A DNA stretch of 48,086 nt from Acidimicrobiia bacterium (GCA_029861625.1 JAOTZB010000001.1:1-48086), one strand, 5' to 3'. Counted from the stretch's first letter, positions 18,367 through 27,037 are shown. Notes: generated by a model from the sequence alone, not told the origin. Numbers and translations are program-made.

Positions 18367-20224
18367 CAGCGACCCCCGTCCGCTGGTCCGGGCTCGGGCG
18401 TGACCGTCTCGGCCAGGACCTCCGAGTAGGCCGGCACGGTGGCAAGGAGGTGCTCGTGGGTGCCCTCGGCGGAGATACGCCCCTCCTCGAGGAGGACCAC
18501 GCGATCTGCCAGTCCGATGGTGGACATCCGGTGCGCGATGACGATGGTGGTGCGGTGCCCGAGCTGATCGCGGAGTGCAGTGTGGATTCCGGCCTCGACC
18601 TGGACGTCGACGGAGCTGGTTGCGTCGTCGAGGACCAACACGGTCGGTTCGACCAACAGGGCACGGGCGATGGCAAGTCGTTGTCGCTGGCCGCCCGAGA
18701 GCGTGTATCCGCGCTCGCCCGCGACCGCGTCGTAGCCATCGGGAAGCTCGATGATGAACTCGTGAGCGTGCGCGGCCCTGGCTGCGGCGATGACCTCGTC
18801 CCGGCTGGCATCGGGGCGGCCGTAGGCGATGTTGTCGTGCATCGACACCGAGAACAGGAAGGGATCGTCGAGGACCAACGCCAGACTCGACCGCAACGAC
18901 GACAGGCTGCGATCGCGGATGTCGATGCCATCGAGGATGATCGCCCCGCTGTCGATGTCGTAGAAGCGGGCGAGCAGCCTCGGGATCGTCGACTTGCCCG
19001 ATCCGGTGCGTCCGACGATGGCGATCGTCTCGCCGGGAGCGATGTCGAGCGAGAGGTCCCGCAGGATCTCCGGCCGTTCGTTTCCGCCGCCGTCCGTCCG
19101 GCCGGTGCCGGTCGGGTAGGTGAAGCTCACCGACCTGAGCTCGATGCGACCCTCGCTCGCGACGGCGTCGAGAGCGCCGGGCAGGTCGGTGATCTCGGGT
19201 TCCTGGTCGAGGATCTCGAAGACACGCTCGGCGGCGGCGCTCGCCCGCTCACTCTGGAGGATGAAGAACCCGAGCAGCCGGAACGGCAGCTGGAGCAGGA
19301 TCACGTACGCGCTGAATGCGAATAGCGTTCCGACGCTGACCGATCCGTCGATGGCGAGCCACCCGCCGTACGACAGGACGAGTGCGGTCCCGATGCGCGG
19401 CAGCGCTTCGATGAACGGGTTGTAGCGGGCTCGCGTCTCGATCGTCTCGGTCGAGCTCCAGCGCAGGCGCCGGGCCGCGCGGGCCAGCTTCGTGATCTGG
19501 CTGGGTTCGGCCGCGAACGACTTGACCACCCGTATCCCGTTGATGTTCTCGTCGACGATCGTGGCGAGATCGGCCATGCGAGCCTGCGACAACCACATCA
19601 GTGGGAACACCCGCTTTCTGAGGCCTGCGCGCTGACGAAGACTCCCGGAAGCGTCGACAGCGCCACCAACGTGAGCACTACGTCGATGGTGAGCATGTAG
19701 GCGAAGGCCAGCGCGAAAGTGACCAGTGACATGATCACGAGCGGAGCGAACGCGAGGTAGATCTGAATCGACCTGATGTCGGAGTTGGCGCGTGAGATCA
19801 CGTCGCCGGACTGCGTGCGATCCCAGTAGGCGAAGGACATCTCGGTCGTCTTGGCGTAGACGAGCGCGCGGAGATCGGCCTCGATGGCATAGGCCGCACG
19901 GAACAGCGTGAAGCGGTACGACCCGCCGAACACGAATCGGCCGAACCCGAGGGCGACCAGGATCAGTGCGGCGCGAGTCAGCCCGCTGCGGTCTCCGTCG
20001 GTTGCCGCGTCGATGGCCGTTCGGGCCACTGCCGGCGCTGCGACCTGGATGCTCAGTGCCGCCACCCCCAGACCGAGCGCGGCGACGAGACGCCACCGCT
20101 GCGCGGCGATCAGGGGACGCAGCCGCCGCAGCCAGCTCACCCGTTCACCCGCGTGCGCGGTGGGGAGGGGCTCGAGCGGGGGGAGCGACTCGGTGGTCGG
20201 AGCAGGGAGGGTGGTGGAAGACAT
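18366..20224 (-). pseudogene. ABC exporter half transporter (partner of 16462..18366) interrupted by an apparent 1-nt frameshift near 19627-19632
   Basis: The TMD N-terminus (MSSTTLPAP...LSTLPGVFVSAQASESGCSH*) is in the frame of ORF 19598..20362. The rest (LRKRVFPLMWLSQARMADLATIVDENINGIRVVKSF...GRTGSGKST...LSGGQRQRLAIARAL) is in the frame of ORF 18366..20096. The two frames meet at a GCGCGC run. Confidence 0.7.
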
Positions 20225-20406
20225 CCGTCCGCCGCAGGATACGTGGGCTGACATCACGTCATCGATGTCGGACGAGGCGACCGGTTGCGCCGTAGACTCT
20301 GGATCGTTCCGGCCGACACGTCGCATGACGAGAGCCGGCCCCTGAGGCTGTCGAGGTCCCAATCACAACTGCGCTCGGACTCGCTCTGGTTCTCCTGCTC
20401 GTCGGG

Positions 20407-21672
20407 ATGAACGGGTTCTTCGTGGCCGCCGAGTTCTCGCTCGTCGCGGTCGAGCGGACAACGGTCGAGCGCAAGGCGGCGACGGGTGCCAGACGGCCGC
20501 GCATCGTCAGCGGACTGCTGCGACGGCTCTCGTTCCATCTCTCCGGGGCACAGCTCGGCATCACCCTGACTTCGCTCGGTCTCGGTTTCGTCGCCGAACC
20601 GACGCTCGGTGAGCTCATCGAGCCTGCGCTCGAACCTCTCGTCGGCGAATCCTCGCGGGGCTTCTCGATTGCGCTCGCACTGATCATCGCAACCGCGTTC
20701 CAGACCGTCATGGGCGAGCTGGTGCCGAAGGTCATCGCCATTGCCAGGCCCGTGCCAGTCGTGCTCGCCGTGGCCGCTCCCTTCCGAATGGTGTCGCTCC
20801 TGATGGGACCCTTCGTGCGCGTGCTCGACGGGACCGCGAATGCAATCGTGCGGCGTCTCGGCGTCGAACCGGCGCACGAGCTGCGTGCGGGACGCTCGCT
20901 CGACGAGCTCGAGTTCCTCGTGCGGTCCTCCGGCGAGGAAGGCACGCTCGCAGCCGAGGAGGTGCGCATCCTCACGCGTGCGATCCACTTCGGCGCCAAG
21001 ACTGCGGCCGACGCGCTCACACCCCGGGTCGAGGTCTCGTCGGTCCAACCGTCGACCTCGCTCACCGAGCTGGCCGAGCTGTCGGTCGAGACCGGCTACA
21101 GCCGGTTCCCCGTCGCCGGGGCCGACCTCGACGATCTCCGGGGCGTGGTGCTCGTGAAGTCGATCTACGACGTCCCGGTGGCCGAACGGTCGACCACCGC
21201 TGTGCGGGCGATCGCCGACGATGCGCTGGTCGTTCCCGAGGGCCGCCATCTCGAGTCGATCCTGGTCGAGATGCGGTCGAGTGGCTCGCAGCTGGCTGTT
21301 GTCGTCGACGAGCACGGTGGAACCGCGGGCGTGCTCACCGTCGAGGACCTCGTCGAGGAGGTCGTCGGCGACATCACCGATGAGCACGACGCGCCCGAGC
21401 TAACGGTCATTCAGGAGAGCGGAAGTGTGGTCGTCGCGGCATCGCTGCACCCCTACGAGGTTCTCGAGGCCTGCGGTTTCGTTGTCCCGGACGGACCGTA
21501 CGAGACCTTGGCCGGGTTCGCGCTCGACCGTCTCCAGCGGATCCCGGTCGAAGGCGAGATATTCACCCACGACGGATGGCGGCTCGAGGTGGTCGAGATG
21601 GACCGTCTCCGGATCGCGACGATCAGGCTCAGCGCACCCGGCAGCGGCCGCTGGTCGGTGACGGCACCATGA
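20407..21672 (+). CDS. CNNM/CorC-HlyC family protein (DUF21 TMD + CBS pair + CorC_HlyC domain)
   Basis: NGFFVAAEFSLVAVE DUF21 signature, CBS region, and a C-terminal transporter-associated domain (DGWRLEVVEMDRLRIATIRL). The true start may lie upstream (see findings). Confidence 0.85.
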   Translation: MNGFFVAAEFSLVAVERTTVERKAATGARRPRIVSGLLRRLSFHLSGAQLGITLTSLGLGFVAEPTLGELIEPALEPLVGESSRGFSIALALIIATAFQTVMGELVPKVIAIARPVPVVLAVAAPFRMVSLLMGPFVRVLDGTANAIVRRLGVEPAHELRAGRSLDELEFLVRSSGEEGTLAAEEVRILTRAIHFGAKTAADALTPRVEVSSVQPSTSLTELAELSVETGYSRFPVAGADLDDLRGVVLVKSIYDVPVAERSTTAVRAIADDALVVPEGRHLESILVEMRSSGSQLAVVVDEHGGTAGVLTVEDLVEEVVGDITDEHDAPELTVIQESGSVVVAASLHPYEVLEACGFVVPDGPYETLAGFALDRLQRIPVEGEIFTHDGWRLEVVEMDRLRIATIRLSAPGSGRWSVTAP

Positions 21673-22718
21673 CGGTGTGGGCCCTCGTCGCCGCGGTGGT
21701 GTTGTTGGCGGCGAATGCGTTTTTCGTCGCGGTCGAGTTCGCGCTGTTGGCGGCGAGCCGGTCGGTCGTCGAGACACTGGCCATCACGAGCCGCCGCGCC
21801 CGTTCGGCCCTCGGTGCAATGAGCGACCTGAACCGGCAGCTGTCGGCCGCACAGCTCGGTATCACCATGGCGTCGCTCGGACTCGGGTTCGTCGCCGAAC
21901 CGGCGGTTGCCGACGTTATCGACCGTGCCATCGAGTCGTTCGGCGATCTGCCATCGGGGCTCCGGCACACGATCTCGTTCACCATCGCCCTCAGCCTCGT
22001 GGCATTCGTGCACATGGTGCTGGGGGAGATGGTGCCGAAGAACCTCGCCCTGGCCGGCGCGGAACGGGTGGTGGTGTGGCTCGCGCCTCCCCACGCGTGG
22101 TTCGTGCGTGTCCTCGCCCCGGTGATCTGGGCGGTCAACGCCACTGCGAGCGGCATCGTGCGGCTCGTCGGCATCGAGCCCACCGACGAGCTGGTCACCG
22201 CGCACACGCCGGAGGAGCTCTCGTCGATGGTCGACGCGTCGCGGGGCGAGGGCCTCATCGGCGAGTTCTCCCACGGCCTGTTGTCGGGCGCGCTCGAGTT
22301 CGGGTCGCGGTCGGTCGAGTCGGTGATGGTCGGCTGGGCCGATGTCGTGACGGTCTCGAGAGCGTCAACCGTCGCCGAGCTCGAGCGGATCATCGTCGAG
22401 AGCGGACACTCGCGGCTCCCGGTCATCGGCCTCGACGGTGACAAGGTCGAGGGCTATATCCATGCCAAGGATCTGCTCCGAATCCCCGAGAGCGTGCGGG
22501 CGGGCGGGGTGCCGGCGAGCCGGATCCACCCGATGGTCGTGCTGGGTCCCTCGAGCTCGTTGGCCGACGCGTTGGTGGCGATGCGGGGCCAGCGCAGTCA
22601 TGTCGCGTTGGTGCGAACCGATGGCAGGCCGGTAGGGCTGGTGACGCTCGAGGACGTCGTCGAGCAGGTCGTCGGCGATATTCGAGACGAGACCGACGTG
22701 CGGACCCGTTCGTCATAG
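21669..22718 (+). CDS. CNNM/CorC family protein (DUF21 TMD + CBS pair), shorter paralog
   Basis: MTVWALVAAVVLLAANAFFVAVEFALLAA. ATGA overlap with the upstream paralog stop. CBS-like C-terminus, with no obvious CorC_HlyC domain. Confidence 0.85.
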   Translation: MTVWALVAAVVLLAANAFFVAVEFALLAASRSVVETLAITSRRARSALGAMSDLNRQLSAAQLGITMASLGLGFVAEPAVADVIDRAIESFGDLPSGLRHTISFTIALSLVAFVHMVLGEMVPKNLALAGAERVVVWLAPPHAWFVRVLAPVIWAVNATASGIVRLVGIEPTDELVTAHTPEELSSMVDASRGEGLIGEFSHGLLSGALEFGSRSVESVMVGWADVVTVSRASTVAELERIIVESGHSRLPVIGLDGDKVEGYIHAKDLLRIPESVRAGGVPASRIHPMVVLGPSSSLADALVAMRGQRSHVALVRTDGRPVGLVTLEDVVEQVVGDIRDETDVRTRSS

Positions 22719-22755
22719 GAATGCAACAAAACGCGGCCCCGAGTAACCTGGACCG

Positions 22756-24033
22756 GTGACTGTGCACCGGCCCACCCGTCGCGCCTGCGGTGCGCTCGTG
22801 TTGCTGGTGTTGCTCGCGGTGCTGGTGGGACCGGTTGGTGCCGCCGCCCAGCCGCCGAGCGGCGCGGACTCGATCGACCGGGCCCGGGAGCAAGCCGATG
22901 CGGCCGCCGACGCGGTCGAGGCCGCCCAGCGACGAGCGAATGCGGCCGCCGAAGCCTGGCACACAGCATTCGAGGAGCTCGAGGGGCTCGGCGCGGACAT
23001 CGCTGTGCTCGAGACCGATATTGCGCGGGTCCGCGCCGATCTGGCCGTCCTCGAGGACGAAGTCCGTGAGTTCGCCATCAGCCAGTACGTGTCGGCCTCG
23101 ACCGGGCCGAGCTATCTGGCCGATACCGACATCAACCGTGGTGCGCGCGCCGATGCCCTCGCCCGGATGGTCGTCACCGGGCGGGCCGACTCGAGAGACC
23201 AGTTCCGGCTGGTCCGTTCGAGCCTCGAGGATCTCGAGGCCGAGCTGGCCGAACGGCGCGCCGACCAGGTCGAGCTGACCGCGGCAGCCGATGCCGCCCA
23301 GCAGGCGGCCTTCGACGAGCTCGACCGGCTCGCCGAGGTGCAGGCGACGCTCGACGCCGAGCTCGCACGGTTGGTGGAAGAGGAGCGCCTCAGGGCCGAG
23401 GCGGAGGCGCGACGCCTGGCCGAGGAGGAAGCCGCCCGCCGAGCTGCCGAGGAAGCCGCCCGAATCGCTGAGGAGGCGCAGCAGCAGGCCCAGGCGACAC
23501 CGGCGCCGGATGCCGATGGCGGCCAACCCGAACCGACGGCGGCTCCGCCCGACGCTCCGGTCGACGACGTCAGCCCGCCCGACGCTCCGGTCGACGACGT
23601 CACCCCGCCCGACGATGTGCCGCCCGCCGCCGCGCCGGCCCCGGTCGACGGGAGCTGGGTGTGCCCGGTCGCGGGGCCGCACAGCTTCATCGACTCCTGG
23701 GGTGCGCCCCGCCAGTTCGGTCGGTGGCACAAGGGAACCGACATGATGGCCGAGGAGGGAACGCCGGTCGTCGCGACGGTCGACGGGTTCGTCGAACATC
23801 GTGGCAACAGCGTAGGCGGTCTGTCGGCCCACCTCACGGCGTCCGATGGTCGCTACTTCTACTACACGCACCTGTCGGGATACGCCGAAGCCGGGAACGT
23901 CACCGCGGGTACGGTCATCGGCTACGTCGGGATGACGGGCAATGCCCCGGTGCCGCATCTGCACATCGAGTACCACCCCGATGGTCGCGGGAATCCGGTG
24001 AACCCGTACCCGACATTGATTCAGGTCTGCTGA
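22756..24033 (+). CDS. secreted M23 family metallopeptidase with long N-terminal coiled coil (EnvC/LytM-like)
   Basis: Signal-like ALVLLVLLAVLVGPVGAAAQ, a heptad-rich Ala/Glu/Arg segment, then the M23 core HKGTDMMAEEGTPVVA...GMTGNAPVPHLHIEYH. Confidence 0.9.
   Translation: MTVHRPTRRACGALVLLVLLAVLVGPVGAAAQPPSGADSIDRAREQADAAADAVEAAQRRANAAAEAWHTAFEELEGLGADIAVLETDIARVRADLAVLEDEVREFAISQYVSASTGPSYLADTDINRGARADALARMVVTGRADSRDQFRLVRSSLEDLEAELAERRADQVELTAAADAAQQAAFDELDRLAEVQATLDAELARLVEEERLRAEAEARRLAEEEAARRAAEEAARIAEEAQQQAQATPAPDADGGQPEPTAAPPDAPVDDVSPPDAPVDDVTPPDDVPPAAAPAPVDGSWVCPVAGPHSFIDSWGAPRQFGRWHKGTDMMAEEGTPVVATVDGFVEHRGNSVGGLSAHLTASDGRYFYYTHLSGYAEAGNVTAGTVIGYVGMTGNAPVPHLHIEYHPDGRGNPVNPYPTLIQVC
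23545..23616 (+). repeat. 2.4 x 30-nt in-frame tandem duplication (PPDAPVDDV(S/T))
   Basis: Units 23545-23574 and 23575-23604 differ at a single nucleotide (agc/acc). A partial third copy occupies 23605-23616. Confidence 0.9.
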
Positions 24034-24698
24034 GGCGGCACCCAGTCGACGCTGCGGGCCTTGGCCACTGCCGCGAGCTGTGATCTGACATCGAGCTTCG
24101 TGAACAGGCTTCGCATCTGGCTCCTCACCGTCGACACCGAGACGAACGATCTGGTGGCGATCTCCTCGGCGGCGTGGCCCCGCAGCAACGAGGCGAGGAC
24201 CTCGGCCTCGCGGGGCGTCAGCGACTCGAACGGCGCCAGATCGTTGCTCCTGGTTCGTTTGAAGTCGCGCCAGGCCCGATACCACGCGAACCGCGAGGAG
24301 TCGTCACCGATCTCCTCGCCGGCGCACGCCCGGGCGAGCTCGTTGGCGACGGCGTCGAGCGGGGCGGACTTGTGCAGAACCATCTCGGCGCCACGATCGA
24401 GGCACTCGCCGTAGAGCACCTTGTCGTTGATGCCGGTGAACACGATGACGCGGCAGCGGCGCTCGGTGATCGGACCGATCAGCGAGATGCCGGCCCGCAA
24501 ACCGTCGCCGAAGTCGGCGTCGAGCAACACGATGTCGGGCAGCGCGGCCTCGACGGCCTCGAGCACGTCGTTGACGGTCGGGTCGACGACGGTCGGTTCG
24601 GTGATGCCGCGATCAGCCACACACGCCGCGAGCCCCTGGGCGATGAGGAGGTGGTCGTCGATGATCATGAGACTGCGGGTGAGCTCGGCCGTGTTCAC
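24021..24698 (-). CDS. two-component response regulator, NarL/LuxR family
   Basis: Receiver (IIDDH, VLLDADFGD, VIVFTG, HKSA) plus LuxR HTH (LTPREAEVLASLLRGHAAEEIATRSFVSVSTVRSQMRSLFTKL). GTGA overlap with the kinase stop. Confidence 0.9.
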   Translation of the reverse strand: MNTAELTRSLMIIDDHLLIAQGLAACVADRGITEPTVVDPTVNDVLEAVEAALPDIVLLDADFGDGLRAGISLIGPITERRCRVIVFTGINDKVLYGECLDRGAEMVLHKSAPLDAVANELARACAGEEIGDDSSRFAWYRAWRDFKRTRSNDLAPFESLTPREAEVLASLLRGHAAEEIATRSFVSVSTVRSQMRSLFTKLDVRSQLAAVAKARSVDWVPPQQT

Positions 24699-26251
24699 GC
24701 CGTGTGGACCTCCCGCAGATTGACGACTTCGACGGCCGTGGAGTCGCTCGACTCGAACCCCTGGGGCCCGACGGGCCGAGCCAGCGGCAACGACAGCTCG
24801 AACGCCGCACCGCCCGCGGGGCCGGAGTACACGTCGAGCGTCCCGCCCATCCGCTCGGCGAGCGATTGGCTGGCGTGGAGGCCGAGTCCGGCGTTCGTGT
24901 CGGGTTTCGAGCTCACGCCCTGCTGGAAGATGGCATCACGTAGGGAGCTCGGCACGCCGGGCCCGTCGTCGGCAACGACGACGATGGACGAGGCGGGGTC
25001 CTGCCGGTGCGAGATCGTCACGGTCGCGTGAGGAGCGTGCTCCCGGGCGTTGTCGAGCAGGTTGTGCATGATCTCCCTGGTCGCGGCCGGATCGGCCCAG
25101 GCCACTGCGTTCGGTGACACGTCGATGTCGATCCTGCTCCCGTTGAGCTCGTGGAGGCGGGCGAGCGGTTCGATGACCTCACGGATCAGGAACGGGCCCG
25201 GATGGCCGGGCGCGGCACCGGACAGGAGCTCGCGCAGTCGACTCAGCTCGCTGGTCAGCGCTCGGTACACGGATCTGGTCTGCTCGAGGTCCTCGCCGTC
25301 GGAGTGGGCCTCGATGTAGCGCAGCCCACCCTCGATGGCGAGCAGGGCCGATCGGCCGTCGTGGGCGATCACCTCTCGATCGAGGCGTTCTGCCGTCAGT
25401 TCGTCGAGCTGGGCGAGCGCGGCCTGCTCGACCTCGGCCAGGTACGCCTGTTGTTCGGCGTGGAGCCGCACCAGATCGTTGTGGAGACCGGTCGCGACCA
25501 GGGCCACACCGACCAGGAACAGTGCCAGACCAGCGACGAAGTTGGCGTCGTTCACAGCTGACGCGTGCAGGGCAACGACGTCGACCGCGCCGACAACGAG
25601 GGCAAGCAGCCCGGCCCACATCCTGGTGACGTCGAGCGAGCGACGGCCGGCGAGGAGGCAGGCCACGCCGCCGATGAGCAGTGCCGCAACGCTGACGAGA
25701 CCCGAGATGTACAGCGCGCGTCCGCCATCGGCACCGCCGACGTGGCGCCCGTCGAGGGGAGTGACCATCGTCGCGGCGAAGGCCAGCGCGGCGATGGTGG
25801 TGCCGACGATCAGGATTCGGCCGGCTCGAGGCTCGCCCCGGCCGGTGGAGATGGCGAGGGTCGCGACCGCTGCGATGGCCACCAGCTGAGCGGAAGCCAG
25901 TGCGGAGTCGATCATTCCGGAGTGCGTCACCGACGACCATCCGTCGGCTGCTGCCACCAGATCGAGCGACCCGACGGCCAGTGAACCCGCCAGCGCAGCG
26001 AGCAGGACGGATCCGCCCGCCATACCTGCCCGCCAACGTTGGAGTGCGATTCCGGCGGTCGTCGCCATCATGATGGCTCCCGCGGTCACGAGCTGTGACA
26101 CCGGAATCGTCAAGGAGTCGGGGTTGTCGACGATCGCCTGCTTCGGCGTCGAGAGCAGGAGGATCGTGGCGACGATGACCACCAGTGCCGACACCGACGC
26201 GAGCCGGATGCGGCCGCGGTTGTCGGAGGCCGTTGGCCCGATGCTGGTCAC
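24695..26251 (-). CDS. sensor histidine kinase with a polytopic (about 7-8 TM) N-terminal sensor region
   Basis: H-box VIAHDGRSALLAIEG. HATPase_c motifs NLLDNAREHAP, VADDGPGVP and GLGLHASQSLAERMGG. Start set to GTG 26251. The tracked extension to 26479 runs through lower-GC DNA that does not look coding. Confidence 0.82.
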   Translation of the reverse strand: MTSIGPTASDNRGRIRLASVSALVVIVATILLLSTPKQAIVDNPDSLTIPVSQLVTAGAIMMATTAGIALQRWRAGMAGGSVLLAALAGSLAVGSLDLVAAADGWSSVTHSGMIDSALASAQLVAIAAVATLAISTGRGEPRAGRILIVGTTIAALAFAATMVTPLDGRHVGGADGGRALYISGLVSVAALLIGGVACLLAGRRSLDVTRMWAGLLALVVGAVDVVALHASAVNDANFVAGLALFLVGVALVATGLHNDLVRLHAEQQAYLAEVEQAALAQLDELTAERLDREVIAHDGRSALLAIEGGLRYIEAHSDGEDLEQTRSVYRALTSELSRLRELLSGAAPGHPGPFLIREVIEPLARLHELNGSRIDIDVSPNAVAWADPAATREIMHNLLDNAREHAPHATVTISHRQDPASSIVVVADDGPGVPSSLRDAIFQQGVSSKPDTNAGLGLHASQSLAERMGGTLDVYSGPAGGAAFELSLPLARPVGPQGFESSDSTAVEVVNLREVHTA

Positions 26252-26280
26252 GAGTGGGACCGCCCGACATCGTGGGGGAA

Positions 26281-26300
26281 GGCGATATCGCGATACCGCC
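26281..26300. promoter_or_regulatory. 20-nt near-perfect palindrome in the kinase/flp divergent region
   Basis: GGCGaTATCGCGATAcCGCC has a perfect 10-nt core (TATCGCGATA) that overlaps a second perfect palindrome, GCGATATCGC. It lies 30-49 nt upstream of the proposed kinase start. Confidence 0.4.
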
Positions 26301-26454
26301 CGGATCGCTGGTTCATTCTCTTGTTCAGCTTGTCTCGAATCCGCCCACCGAGAAATGAGCAGATGCACCCAGCCCGACTGGGGCCAGAGGTGATGGCTGG
26401 ACCGCTTGGCACGTGTCCAAATCACTGTGATAGCCGGGTGACACGAGCTTCGCA

Positions 26455-26470
26455 TCGTCAAAATTGACGA
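26455..26470. promoter_or_regulatory. perfect 7-bp inverted repeat carrying a -35-like TTGACG, upstream of flp
   Basis: TCGTCAA-aa-TTGACGA. A second TTGACC lies 23 nt downstream (26487-26492), giving the direct repeat TTGAC(G/C)AG. It is about 115 nt upstream of the flp-1 ATG. Confidence 0.4.
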
Positions 26471-26582
26471 GATGCGCATAGGTCGTTTGACCAGGGACGA
26501 ATTGCCACAGGTGGAGGCTGACCCGCGGTACTCCGGGGGCGGATGATGGCTCCGTCAGTTACCGACGCACCAAGGAACCCAC

Positions 26583-26768
26583 ATGTTGAAGATCTATACC
26601 CACATCATCACCCGTCTTGCCGACAGCGAAGAGCGTGGTGCAGTTGCGATCGAATACGCACTGCTCGCTCTGCTCATCGCCGTTGCGCTCGTGGTCGCAA
26701 TGACCGCCCTGCAGGTTGACATCGGCGAGGCCTTCGCCAAGGTCGGCACGGCTCTGGACGCGGCCTAG
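26583..26768 (+). CDS. flp: Flp/Fap family type IVb pilin (copy 1)
   Basis: 61 aa. Leader MLKIYTHIITRLADSEERG, then the Flp motif G/AVAIEYALLALLIAVALVVAM. Confidence 0.9.
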   Translation: MLKIYTHIITRLADSEERGAVAIEYALLALLIAVALVVAMTALQVDIGEAFAKVGTALDAA

Positions 26769-26784
26769 AACCGGTCTCGGTACT

Positions 26785-26825
26785 GCCCGGCGCCGCTCCG
26801 ACACCAGTCGGTCCCGGCGCCGGGC
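26785..26825 (+). terminator. strong GC-rich stem-loop between the two flp genes (attenuator/terminator or mRNA-stabilising hairpin)
   Basis: GCCCGGCGCCG pairs with CGGCGCCGGGC (11 bp). An inner CCGAC-acca-GTCGG stem sits within the loop. The structure begins 17 nt after the flp-1 stop. No U-tract. Confidence 0.5.
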
Positions 26826-26854
26826 AACGGCCGTTCCATCGAAATGGAGTGAAC

Positions 26855-27037
26855 GTGGCAATCGAATCTTCTTCAACCCAGCACGCGACTCGCACCGAAC
26901 GCGGCGCGGTCTCCATCGAGTACTCCCTGCTCGCCCTCTTGATCGCCGTTGCGCTCGTCGCCGCGATGACCGCGGTGCAGGTCGACATCACCGAAGTCTT
27001 CGGTCGGGCCGAGAGCGGCCTCGAGGCAGTCCTGTGA
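26855..27037 (+). CDS. flp: Flp/Fap family type IVb pilin (copy 2)
   Basis: VAIESSSTQHATRTERG/AVSIEYSLLALLIAVALVAAM. GTG at 26855 lies 5 nt after GGAG. The tracked GTG at 26849 is an alternative start. Confidence 0.88.
   Translation: MAIESSSTQHATRTERGAVSIEYSLLALLIAVALVAAMTAVQVDITEVFGRAESGLEAVL

Noticed and set aside
20225-20406. Possible Mg2+/M-box-type leader upstream of the CNNM/CorC genes
   Set aside because: Only a short GACATC...GATGTC inverted repeat is visible. I recognise no riboswitch consensus, and the region is also the divergent promoter of the ABC exporter operon.
26487-26535. Sigma-70-type -35/-10 pair for the flp promoter
   Set aside because: TTGACG, TTGACC and TTGCCA hexamers exist. 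None has a convincing TAnnnT -10 at 16-19 nt spacing, so no promoter coordinate is asserted.
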